From positions 124,001-188,000 of the forward strand of contig MU008221.1 of the NCBI GenBank assembly GCA_010909165.1: a stretch of 64,000 nucleotides of DNA, read 5' to 3'. Position 1 is the stretch's first letter. Every line of letters begins with the position of its first letter. The translations under genes were made by a program, and so were the position numbers. The notes beneath the pieces are model-generated. The model was not told where the DNA came from and made no database searches. It saw only the letters and a list, made by a program, of their open reading frames with translations. This document shows, one piece after another, positions 51,401 to 62,870 of this stretch. This DNA comes from Anthoceros angustus. Taxonomy: Eukaryota > Plantae > Anthocerotophyta.

Positions 51401-51850
51401 ATGATTCAAGACGGCGCATCGGACCGCATGGAAAAGGTGACAACGCAGAAACCCGTATTATCTTACTTACGGCATTCATCATGCCAATAGAATTCAAGTT
51501 CCCACCGAGAATACAGGAACCAAGTCGAATGCCGTGGAGGAAAGTCGCTTGGAAAGGTTGGTGGGTTTCGAATACACACGGAGGACAGAGAACAAGCCCT
51601 CCAAGTTATGCGGGATGTCCAAAGACAGGAGGAAGGAGTGGCACGACAAGAGATTGAAGGCCAAGAATACGTTGTTCCCGGGATCCGCTTTACTACGATA
51701 ACCGATACATGCATTTCCGTAAATTACATCTCGATGGATGGGGCCCTTCGTAGTTTCGAAGTTTTCGACAACGGATCAATTCAACTCAAGATTTTAGTGG
51801 CTCACCCAACGCTGCCAAACGGTTGGCGGGTCAAGAAATATTACCAATAA
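48480..51850 (+). CDS. pol: pol of element B: aspartic protease, reverse transcriptase, RNase H, integrase with GPF tail (frameshifted in this consensus)
   Basis: LDTG..VNIMT (~48530); VIYPIVNTEWVAPIVVV, LNKVTKKDHF, EVDP.KVKVI; FPIYYA, RHYLLSYEFVFHVDHFALKHLVNKPDLS; PFEKWG, DRGTHF, PKANG; VFDNGSIQL...NGWRVKKYYQ*. Confidence 0.92.
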
Positions 51851-51868
51851 GTTGGCGAGGACGCCAAC

Positions 51869-51884
51869 AAATGAGAAGGGAGTA
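51869..51884 (+). promoter_or_regulatory. Polypurine tract of element B
   Basis: aaatgagaagggagta directly before the 3' LTR. Confidence 0.82.
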
Positions 51885-54800
51885 TGTGGAAGACCACATG
51901 TGAACTAACCCCGCCTCAAGTGTCGTGAACGATTTTTTTGTTTTGGGTGTGTTAGAATAGCAGTGCTTTGAGAATCGTCTCGAGTCGGGTCTTTTATACG
52001 GAATGGTCCTTGGCCCTTGGAGATAATAATAATTTTTCGACCCTTAGGTTTGACCCCGAGGGGGGGTAGAAATAGAGTCCTTGGGTATTGGGAATTTTAG
52101 AATAAAAGGTGTCTATATATGCTAGGGATGCTCACAATATGCCACCAGTAGTCAAGTGGGGTGGTGGCTAGTTCCACCACGGTGAAACGGACGCATGCAC
52201 TGTGGGAATTTACAACCCTAGTGGCGGAGGGACTACCGCCACGGAGCAATCGGGAGAAGGGCACACCCAAGATGCGAGGTCGCGACTTTCCGTGAGGGGC
52301 ACGGAGCGCGGAAGAGGGGCGCTACCACGACGCCAGCCAAATCACCGCTCGCTGCGGGAGGAAAAGGCGCGACGATCGTGAAGAGCGGCGCGGCGAGGAG
52401 AGAAATCGGGCGCCGCAAGTTCGCGAGGAGGCGTGGAAGGAGCGCGAGGCGGCTCGATTTTTTTTCTCTTCGACCGTATCTGCAGGGTAGTCGAGGTTTT
52501 GTTTTGGGAAACAACGAGAGAAGGAGATGGCGCCCAGCCGCGGCCGAAATCTCACTCACGCAGGGGCCCAACATGGACCATCGGAAAGTGAGAGCCGGGC
52601 ACTGCGTGAGCTGGGTCTCAAGTTCATGGAGAAGAAATGGTGCTACGATACCGCATTGGTGCAAGAGTGCGCCCGCAATTAAGGACCAAGTCGCAAGAGG
52701 GTGACGCGAGGAAAAGGCCGCAGAATCGGATTTGGCCTCTTCGAGCAAAGGTAAGGGCGAGAAGCATCGAGGATGGGAGCTTGGTGATTGACCCCAAAAA
52801 GAAGACCTTGAAAGCGCAGCGCCGCGCCATGAAGCCTGGGAAGTGAGAGTGAACAATGGTCGGGTGACTCGCCAACTCGTGTTCCGCTGGTGGGATTGGC
52901 CAAATGGATTTTGTGCTTCCTCGTAACCGGAAGTCGGATCATATGGCGGATCACTTCTTGGTTTTTCTTCACGAGGTGGTCAAGGGTACACAAATTGATT
53001 GGGGAGGATGATTTTCGAAAGAGCCTGTGAGGAGAAGGCGACTTTCTTCCCTCGGCCCTCCTTGATTTCGCCTTTTCCGATTCATGTATTTGCGCATTCC
53101 GGTGTTTAACGAGTTGAAGTCGGTCCGCCTGCATGGTTGGAAGCCTCAGGGAACTCAAGGTAGAAGAGGAGGAATTGAAGGAGGATTCGGGCAAGGATTC
53201 CAGAGCTTGGGAGTGCGCCTCGGAAGGTTCGGAAGAGGAGGAAGTTTCCAAGGGTAAGAAGCGAAGGCGAACCGAACGGGATCGGCGAAGAAGGGAGGCA
53301 GCAGCAGAGGAGGAACCCAGCCCACACCTGTGGTCACTGTGTCAAGACAGAACGGGTAAAGGAGGAAAAGTAAAGGGAAATGGCAAGTTGCTCCCTCCGG
53401 GGGATGAATCGCTAGGGGAGAATGAAGCGGGGAAGAGGCAAGGCACCAACCCCTAGGAGAGGAGGGGTTAACTTCAGGCCGAGACCGCACGAGCTCCGGA
53501 CATTTTTGGCGACATTTCACCGAACCGTCCTACCGAGGTGGGGATAGGAGACACCGTGACACGAGAATTGTTGTGGAGGCGGATGGGCAAGGGACAGCCC
53601 AATTTGGGATTTGGTGGTTTGACTTGCCATGGCATGACGCAGCGGATCTCCTCGATCAAGCCATGGCTCTCACTACCGAGTGTGCAAGGCCAACAGGAGA
53701 AGTTGCTCAAGGAGAAGTTGGAGAGCCTGGAAGGCGAGAGCAAGGCGGCCGAGGAGCGCAGACGGAGTGCGGCGGCCTTATGCAAGGCACAGGAGCGCTT
53801 AAGGCACATGTCCACTCGCAGAAGCTTTAGTAAATCAGTCAAGGGGCGATGCTACAATTGAAGAGCTTCAAGATGAGGTCTCGCGAGTCCGGAGCAGGTG
53901 GAAGCGATCCTTGGAGAAATTCAAGAAGGCGGAGAGGTACAAGCGGAAAGAGACGGCTAGGGCCGAGTCAAGAGAGAGGTGGCCAAACCAAGAAAGGCCG
54001 AGCAGCCACCGCAGGAGCCAAACAACCACCGTGGAAGCAACCACCACGGTGGCTAAACCAGCCACCGCCGTGGAACGGGAACCGAGGTGGGGAAGTCACC
54101 AGGAGTGTCGCAGATGGAGGGATGATCTCGGAGAATCAACAGGCCTGTGATTGTCCACGGGAGGAGAGGGTAAGGACCTCAGACGAAGACAGTTACGCGT
54201 CCGGATGAGGATGCTCATGTCCTCGCCGCATGGTGAGCGGTGCTCACTCTAAACGTGTATGTGGTTGTTGGGACAGAGGGGCGTAAACCATCGGTCAGAC
54301 ATCTTGACCGCCACAGCGCTACTGGTTCCTTCGAGTAGGAGCGGGCGCCTATCCTCCGCAAGTGGTGCCGGAAGAGATGAGCGAGGCGCAGCGAGTGGAG
54401 GAGGAGGAGCAGTATGGTTGTCCATGAGGAGGAGCGGGACAATGGACATAGAGGACACAGGCGCAACGCCCGCGGGAAGGCGCGAGGGAAATTGCAAAGG
54501 AGAGAGGTGGAGGTTGTGGGGAAAATCGCCGGATCGAGGCGAGGCCAAGAGCGAGAGGGGTCCCCATGGGCCGAGGGCGAGGCAAAGAATCGCGAGGCGG
54601 CAGCTGATTTTAGGAGTCGCGATAGCCTAGGACCGGGTTTTTCGTAGAGGATAGGGAGTTCCATCACCGTAGAGTTGTTGCTTAGATTGGTAAGGCGCCG
54701 TGGTAGGAGCTACAATTTTAGACACTAAAGAGAAGTGAGTGTTGGACCACCCAGATGTATAAGAGACCCTTGTCTCTCAAGGGACGATTTCGGTGTGAAC

Positions 54801-55545
54801 TTCCGTATCGAACCGCCGAGGTTGATTGGAGACGCCCGTCAAGATCAAACGGGTTCGCGACCGCCTTCTCGTCCGGGAAGATCTCGGATGGTCGAGAGCG
54901 GAGTGGCCAAGCTCCACTGGGTAACGGAAGGCAGCGCCGAAAAGAGGTAGGAGTGCCGGACGGCCGAGGCGGAATCCGGAAGGCGAATCGCCCAAGCACC
55001 GATCGGGTTTTCTTCCCGATCCTCTTTCCAACCGCCACTGTGTGTTCATTCCATGAGAGGGGTCCTGTGGCCCAAGGAGGTCTGCCCAAGGGAGGGGTCT
55101 GTGGCCCGTGAGACGAGGGAGAGTTCATTGGGAAGGGAAAAGGTTCCTGAGGTAGTTGTGCTACCGAGGGATTGTGAGAGCGAGGGAAAATCGGAACAGG
55201 GGGAGTGGAAGCGTGGTAGGATCGCAGAATTCCTGTAAGGTGAGGCGATATAGGTGTCCGATAGCCCTAGGTCCGGTTAGAGAAGTCGGTAATAGACCGC
55301 GAAAGGCGGCGCGTGGGGGGGCCCGCCATTCAACTGCCACTGCGGTGGCCGAGTCCACCACGGTGGTGGGTTTGGGCAGGGTAGCTGGAGAAGGTGAGGT
55401 AGCGAGCGACGGGGCAGGTCTAGAATCCATAGATTTAGCACACCTTGACACAACACCATTCCCTTGGGATCGAATCCTAGGACTATAACGACATAGAGGG
55501 TAAATGTGGCCTCTTTGCGTCTTCAGATGCAAAAACCCATTCCAC
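51885..55545 (+). repeat. 3' LTR of element B
   Basis: tgtggaagaccacatg...aaaaacccattccac. Confidence 0.93.
52139..54647 (+). CDS. Putative LTR-encoded accessory ORF, 3' LTR copy
   Basis: KGTQIDWGG..IFE, ELKVEEEELKEDSGKDSRAWECASEGSEEEEVSKGKKRRR, QEKLLKEKLESLEGESKAAEERRRSAAALCKAQERLRH, EKFKKAERYKRKET, ...ADFRSRDSLGPGFS*. Confidence 0.58.
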
Positions 55546-56969
55546 GCCCCTACCCTCCTACCACTTGTAGGAGTTGTAGGAGATCTAGCGACCGTGGGCC
55601 GCCCACCTCACTCCTACATGGGAGAAGACACCCTACCCCAACGCATAGGGGCGCATCCTACCATTGGTAGGGTCACACCTAGCAGCAGAAACCTAGGCCT
55701 CTCCAACTCCATGCCCTCATGCTCCAACTACAACCGGGCGTGCCCCGTGGGAGGAAAATCCCGGCTTCCGATATTCACCCTCTAGTGGCCACACTTATCG
55801 CGTAGCATGTTGGATTTCATCCCATGAGACTTGTGTGGACCGTCGGATTTTGAGAGATCAATCGTTGCCTACACCCACTCACGACATCAGGCCCCTCAAC
55901 AAGCAAGGCGCCTCTAACTTCCCTCTACAACAATGCCTTGCACCTTTTGGGATTCATCTCGTAGGCTCCTCCTTGGGCCTTCCGCTATTTCCTACACTCT
56001 AATCCTCTACTCAACATTCCACTCCTCCTCATCCTCAACGCGCAACTTGACTCAACTCATCATCCTCCTACTCTAACCTCACTTCAAGCTCACTGGCCCC
56101 AGCTCGCCCTTACGGCACAACAGCTTGGGGTCCACCTACAAGCCAACAAGTTCTTCCTTGGGCCGGTTGCTATGAGTTTGAGACGAGATAGCAAGAACCT
56201 CCAAAGAGTCTCTCCTCCGTCTACCCCCTCAGAGTTCATTCTATGCATCGCCACACACCCAAAGCAAAGCAATTTCACAACAACCATACACAAGGAGCAA
56301 CCCATCAAGGCGCCAGAGCGAGTCCTTTGCCAAGCACCACCACCGCACTTCCTCTCTACAGACACTACGTTAGCTTGCTGCACCAAATTCCTTCACAAGG
56401 AGCAAAGGACTCATGAGTTTGGAAGTGCAAGACGTGATACTTTACTTCTTAAACTTGTCCTCCTATATAGGACATACGCATACGACCTCTCTTAGGCCAG
56501 CCTCCCTCTCCTTAACGCCTGCCAGCTACACAATCTAATATCTCTTGATCTTTCAAAAAGGCCTCATTAATACTTTCCTTGGGAACCTACCCCAGCCGTC
56601 ACCAGCCCTTTAAATAATCCTTATCTACCTCATCCACTTGCAACGATCATAGCTTCCTCTTTAAGGCTCCTAGCTAACAATAGTCTTAGCTACAATCCTC
56701 CAAGGCATCAACTATGATCATAAGAGAGAGTCAAGTTCTTCAAAACCCTAGGGGACCTTACCCTTATCTTCCCACCACACACCTTTATCACCATCCATCC
56801 CCCAAAGAAGATAGTTCTCGCCCTTAGCCATAGTGTGGAACACCGAATTTTGGGTCCACTACGAGAAGATGGATGCCTCATAGTTTTGTTCATATTAGTT
56901 AGGTTTCTTTTTCTTTTTCTTTTTCTTACCGAGAAGATTGGCGGCAGAAGGTAGTAACGAGAAGATGAC

Positions 56970-58950
56970 TTGGCAAAGATGCGGGAGGCAGTCCGTCCCA
57001 ACGGGATGGACTACGGCATGGAGAGGAGCCGGACGAGGAAGGGTCCAACTAGTCCAAAAGGAGGAACGGTGAGGAGGGTCGAGGAGGACTTACGCTGCGT
57101 AAGGGAGGCACATTCAAATCCCAAACCTGAGTGCCAAGGATCGGTGCCAGCCCCAGTGGCGCAGACACTCCCTACCACGCGCCCGCCACTCTCCGCAGGC
57201 AACGGAGTAAACATCTACTCCGATCAAGGACACGCGAGGGTTCCTCCAAGTCACATGAGTCTCCCTGACTCCTTCTCCACAGAAGCGCCCAGCCGCTCCT
57301 CCTCTCAATCCCTCCTATTAGTCCGTGTCCGCCGAGCTCCCTTATATCGCTATGCGACAATTTCAAAACCCCAAAGGCCCAAGGACAAAACAACTATCTC
57401 CGCGGAATCACCATACCGCCATATTCAAAAACATCAAGATTGTCCTCCCCGGTGCTCTCTTCCAAGGAATGGCGTGGATCATTGTGCTAGATTCCTTTGC
57501 AAATCGCCAAGGGATGGCGGTGGCACCTCACACAAGAAATGACCGAACTATCCAACAGAGGAAAAGTGGAGATGTAGACGCAACAAATGGGGAGGTGTGG
57601 GTAAGCCTTCCAAAGAAGGAGAGACGATGGCCCCATCGGGCGACATGTAGAAGAAGAAGGAGAAAACTGCAAGGAGAAGGCCGAAAAAGAGCAGCCGACA
57701 AGGAGGGGCCGTGGTTTTTGTGTTTCAGCAGCAAGTCTCCGAGAGACTCGGATTTTCGGGCTTCGAATGACAACGCAAATGCAGGGCCACATGCATTGGG
57801 CATACTCTAACGTGGAATTGATGGAGGCTTGTTACAGCTAGCTCATGTAAGAAGAAACGAGAAGATGGATTTAAAGAGATGTCCTGGATGCATCCAAAGG
57901 GATGGACCGCCCAAAGACATCCGCAAGGTGTATGGGAGGCTAGAAAGTGAGAGTGAGGGTGTGGCTCCCACCGAGAGAAATGAAGAAGCCAAGAGGGCAG
58001 TAGTGGCTTATCTTCCTGAGGAAGCTCTCAACATGCTTATCGGAGGGGTGGATGCTAAGACGATACCGGAGGGGCGCATAAGATTGCAGTTTCAAATGGA
58101 AGCACAAGGATAGTGCTGGGGCTGACTTTCTCACAGAACCACTTACTCAAAGATTATGCTCTTTCATTTTATGTGAAATTGAAGCAAGGAGCTCACCGAC
58201 GGGATTAAATATGCCGACCGCCTTATGAGCATCGTCGAGACAAGTCACGAGGTAATGAACATAGTGGACAATGAAGGAGCAAGGCATAGCCATTTGAGCA
58301 CTTACTGTGCATTTGTGAGTGGTACATGAAGTACTTACAAAGGAGGAGCTGGAGGAGTCTTACCAGCCATTTGAAGTGGTCCTCTTGAATGGCACAGGGG
58401 TCCCTCGCTAAAAGAAGGTTAAGAAGGCGGAGGAGGAACCCAAGGTGGAGCAAGGGAGTCACCTCCTTTATAGTGGTCTTGGATGATGCGACTCACGAGG
58501 CGCCCTGACGCCAAGGAAGGAGAGGTGCCTCTCGCCCAAGAGGAGACAAATGCACAGTGGAAGAGGTGGCAAGGCTACCAAGTGTATAGGAGGCAACCCC
58601 ATGGAGCGATGAAGGAGCTAACCCACCTGTGAGATAATAGAGTCGCAGGAATCCCACCCAACATCATCGGGCCGAGAGAGAGACTCGCCAATGGGAAAAG
58701 GCGCTCAACCTCACCCCAAAAGGGAATGAGAAAACTAAAGCCTTGAAGGATTTACTGATCATTTGTCAGCTAATTGATACTCCACTGGTGAAGTAGGCTT
58801 TGCAATAGCTAGAGGAGTTGAGGTGAGCCGTCAAGACAAGAGCAACCGCCCTGAGGCATGTGGGAGAAGAAAGCGACCAAGGAGATGGCGTTGGCGAAGG
58901 GGCGCCTAAAACTGTACAGTCTTTGCAATGAGACTTTCCAGGCTATCCCG
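56970..58950 (+). pseudogene. Degenerate purine-rich ORF, possibly another retrotransposon accessory ORF
   Basis: Chain of overlapping open frames 56970-58113, then GIKYADRL...HSHLSTYC and an E/K-rich tail; weak resemblance to the LTR ORF layout. Confidence 0.3.
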
Positions 58951-60860
58951 GCAGTGTATAAGGACTGTCCCAATAGTCGGGACTGCCCAGCCCACGAAGT
59001 GGGACCTTCCAATTCTTGAAATGGGGCTAGCTGGGGTCAGCTCAACACACTCTTAGCGTCAGCAAAACACACCACACCAGTGCTTCCCGTAGCTATAATA
59101 GCTAGCTTGCCCCTGGAAATTCACAAGACTTGAATGGTTCACAGCGAAATCTCCCAAAATCAGAAATGTTGGCAAAGAACTCGCTTGTCCCTATGCCTGG
59201 ATTGTATCAGTTAGCCCGCAAGGGACCGCCCAAAATCCCCACTGTGAGATCCATGCCCCCTAGATTGGGATTGTGTAAGCTAAATCTGGGACAGTCCCAA
59301 GTATGGGACAGTCCCCCACAATCCCTGGAATGGGATTGACAGTCCCTGTAATAGGATTGTCTGGGGTCAGCTCCCACGCCTCTAAGGGTTAGCAACGACA
59401 AACAGCGCTCACAGATTTGAAATTGAAACGTGTCAAATAAACGGGATCCTCCCCTCCCACTTTCTGACCGCGCTGAGCCAGACAACTTGATGGTGGGATC
59501 TATCCTCCTTTCTAGCACGCTGTCACTATAAGAAACCAGCAAAAGTGCAAGGGCCGCTGCCTCAGCAAATCCCAAAATCCCCAAAATTCCCAAAATCAGA
59601 AATGTTGGCAAAGCTACAATCCACCTGCTCTTGATCTAGGAATCCAAAGTATCAGACCATGCTGTAGCCCGCATGAGATGGAAATCTTGAATGGCAAGAT
59701 CTGTCCTCCCTCTCCCACAAGCTCTGCTACTGCAAAGAACAAAGAGGAATGAGAAAAGCGCCTGCTAGATCTTGAATTCCCAGCTGTATTTGGGAAAGCC
59801 CACAGATTAGGCCTGGATTTGGCCTCCTCTCCAACACGCCATCACTGTAAGAAGCTAGCAGAGGTGAAGGAATGCTTAGAAGACCTCGAAATCCTAGCTG
59901 AATCTGCGAATGCCCATAGGCTGAGCCTGGATTGGGCCACAGCTGCAGCTGTAATCGCCCAGTTGTGCTCTAGGCTCCAAGATGGCATCGCCCCGGCTAG
60001 AGGAGGCGCCTCAAATGCCACCGCTCCATCTTGGAGAAGCGCCCTTGAAGATTTGGTCTTCAAATGAAGCGATCTCTTGCAACCAATATAAATCTCGATG
60101 TTTCCTGGGCCACAATTTGCGCTGGCTGGAGGTTCGTAAATCATGCCTCAGCGCTGCAAAGGGAGCCACGTGGTGAGCAAAAACGCCCAGATCTGCAAGG
60201 TTTGATGCCCAGATGGCTAGAAAATCACACAATATCCATGTTCCTAGTAGCAGCGCTCTTGAGGCGCAATTTCGAAGACCAAAGGAGATAGACGCCCTCC
60301 TCCCCATCTTCACGCCGGTGTCCGCTATCATCCTCACGCTCCGCCCAACTCGATTTCCAGCTGATGTTCTCGTCATGATGCGGAAGCAGCCCTCACGCTT
60401 GGTGCTGCTCCTTCCACGTTGATCAGGTGCCTTATTTGGGTTTGTACCCCGTTCGGTTTCAGACCTAAACTAAGTGGCTTTTTCTAGCCTACCTAGTTAT
60501 CCGTTCAAAACGGATCTATTTCCTGTAACTAATATTTAAAGGAAATGAATCCTTGGACAATGGGCCAATCAAAATAAAGGACATGTTCCCATGTCCTTGG
60601 TTAATGAAAATGCCTAACAAAATGTAGTTTATAAAAGCAAGCATACATCAAGTTCACATTCTTTGCGCAAGTGCACTTAGTCCTTGTCTTGACGTGAAGG
60701 GCCTACCGGCCCTACGTGGATCGCTTTGGGCGACTGTGCGCGCACCATGGTGCAAGGAGGCCCAGGTGCGCACACTTGTCCGCGCACCAAGGTCAAGAAG
60801 GGCCTAGGAGTATGAACCCAGATGGTTCATGCCTCATAGTGCACTCCCAGACGGTTCACC

Positions 60861-61015
60861 CAAAGAAAAAAAGAGCAAAAATCTGAAAAATCCCAAAAAA
60901 ATTCCCAAAAAAGTCCAAGTTTTTGAGGCAAATGCGCGCACTTGCCTAAAATTTTTGTTTTTTTTTGCATTTTTTGCTATATTTTTATATTTTTGTTCTT
61001 TTGAAGGGTTCCTTT
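60861..61015. repeat. Imperfect inverted repeat: A-tracts, central palindrome AGGCAA-a-TGCGCGCA-c-TTGCCT (60926-60947), T-tracts
   Basis: Read directly from the sequence. Confidence 0.6.
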
Positions 61016-61439
61016 TGACGTTTTCAACCTTTTTTGTGCACCTCCCTAATGTGGATATGTTCTTATCTTTACTTAGCCCTAATCTTTATTCTAGTGGTAA
61101 AACTTTGAACTAGTAGTGAGAACTTTTTGCATCTTTTGAATCTTGAGACGTTTGACGTGGGCCCAGCTCCAAGTGTAGACCATACCACTCTCATTCTTGC
61201 ACCGCACGCAGATCAAGAGCATCAGGTTAATGAAGATATTATTGTCCCAATGTCTAAGAAACAAAGTATTGTAAAATTCCCAGAGCGAGAGTATAGTCTT
61301 AGGATTGACTGGTACGAATGAAAGGTTGGTGCACACCAGAATTACAGCAAGCCCCAAAAAATCTAAATGTTTGTACACGCGCCGGTTAAGAGAATGACTT
61401 TCTTTCAGGAAGGCTCAGAATTGGATAAAGTTTAAAATC

Positions 61440-62261
61440 AAATATGTTTGTGCACGAGTAAACAAGACCTGACTCTTCAAAACGGCCGTTTTTAGTGCGG
61501 ATTTTTTAGCATGCAATTTGGGGTTTGCGGAAGTCCGTGTGCAAAAAGAGGTTACTGGAGAAACTCCTTTCTACCCAGACGCTGTTTATCACAGTTCCAG
61601 ATTTGTGAGAAAATCAGAGGAGGAGTCGATAGAGAACTTCATAGACCATGGGAGTGGTACAGCAGGGACGAGGCTGAGCGGAACTTGAATCCCATTGTTG
61701 TTCCGGATGTCTTTGTTATTCCGCCCAGCCAGTGAAACCTTGAACTGCCACATGTATCTCGGAATTATAGGCCATCGGCCGATCGAGTTGGCGAGATTTG
61801 ATGGAGATGTGTCCGAGATCAAATGAGGCCATATGATTGCAGTTCCATGTGAGACAGACGATCAAAATAAGCCTTTTTGAATTGCAGAAGTCGAAGACTT
61901 GGATTTCCTATGCGATGAACCTTACTTAGTTGTCCAGTGGTGGGTGACAAAGAATAACAATGCATTCAAAGGAAGGTACCTACAGAGTAGGTACCTACCA
62001 GAGAAGATATTGGCTCCATACAACAGTGATAGAGAGGGATTGCGACAGTGGAGGAAGCGACCAAAGCATCTGATTCGAATATTGAGATCGGAGACATTTA
62101 TTTTGGCAAACATATTTTCCTTTGCAAAGAATAGCACTCTACAAGTCCAGCTGAAGCTCATCAAGACAAAGTTGTTCAAACTTCAACATCTTCCTAGCAT
62201 GCAAAAAAATAGTAGAGTTGAGGAGATCAAGGCAGACAGCCCATTAGCAGAGGAATTCTAA
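61440..62261 (+). mobile_element. Degenerate DNA-transposase remnant, Sola1-like
   Basis: DFLACNLGFAEV...TG.T.F.PD..CLSQF resembles the Sola1 GH(T/S)xxxxD region; tail GHMIAVPCETDDQNKPF*IAEV...LVVQWW. Confidence 0.4.
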
Positions 62262-62276
62262 TGGATAAAAATATTA

Positions 62277-62425
62277 CTTCGGATGAAATTAAGAATGGAG
62301 TAGAAGTGCAAAAACATTCGCAATGGATTTAAATGTTGTTTCGGATGAAAACCCCAAAATTAAGAATGGAGTAGTGTAGGCAGGCGCCAATTAAGAATGG
62401 AGTAAAAGTGTAGACAGGCGCCAAT
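62277..62425. repeat. Short dispersed direct repeats (aattaagaatggagta x3, caggcgccaat x2, ttcggatgaaa x2)
   Basis: Read directly from the sequence. Confidence 0.7.
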
Positions 62426-62599
62426 GATGATGACATCCGACTTGCATCACAACCTGCCTGATAAATGAGATTCAGAGTTCTTGGACCGTGTTTGGAAGTT
62501 CGGTATGCCGTGTTCGGCAGCTTGAGCTATGCAACTGAAACCTAAAAACCAAAACATAGGTGGCCCTGTGGTTCGTCAGGTGCTGATCTTAAACATCTC

Positions 62600-62870
62600 A
62601 TAACCTTGGGCATCCGACTCCTACGCTTTTCATGTGGGATTCTCAGTGGTACCTTACCCATGAGCATTGGAGACCTACGCAATTGTCACACCTGGACTCT
62701 CATGAAAACAACCGCCGACGAAACTAAGATTCGGCTGCAAAAAGTAAGTAGGCAAATATCCAGGGACGACTTTCTTTGGGAAGGCCATCAGTATCTAGAT
62801 CTCAGATATGGCCAATGCCATCTGCCCGCATCATGGTTGACCTAGGAAAGGTCTCATTTCCTTCCCACCT
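62600..62870 (+). pseudogene. Plant-type leucine-rich repeat fragment
   Basis: LSGTLPMSIGDLRN matches LxGxIPxxIGxLxxL; QYLDL nearby. Confidence 0.45.

Larger units (their letters stand above)
40993..55545 (+). mobile_element. LTR retrotransposon B, full-length Ty3/gypsy (non-chromovirus, Athila-like) with 3.6 kb LTRs
   Basis: LTRs 40993-44632 and 51885-55545; PBS, gag-PR-RT-RH-IN order, PPT; TSD imperfect (gtcct vs gccc(c)t). Confidence 0.95.

Noticed and set aside
44726-51850. Frameshifts as programmed recoding or true pseudogenisation
   Set aside because: Indels differ between duplicate copies throughout the window, consistent with sequencing error; functional status cannot be judged
51700-51850. 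Chromodomain at the integrase C-terminus
   Set aside because: Integrase stops right after the GPF-type tail
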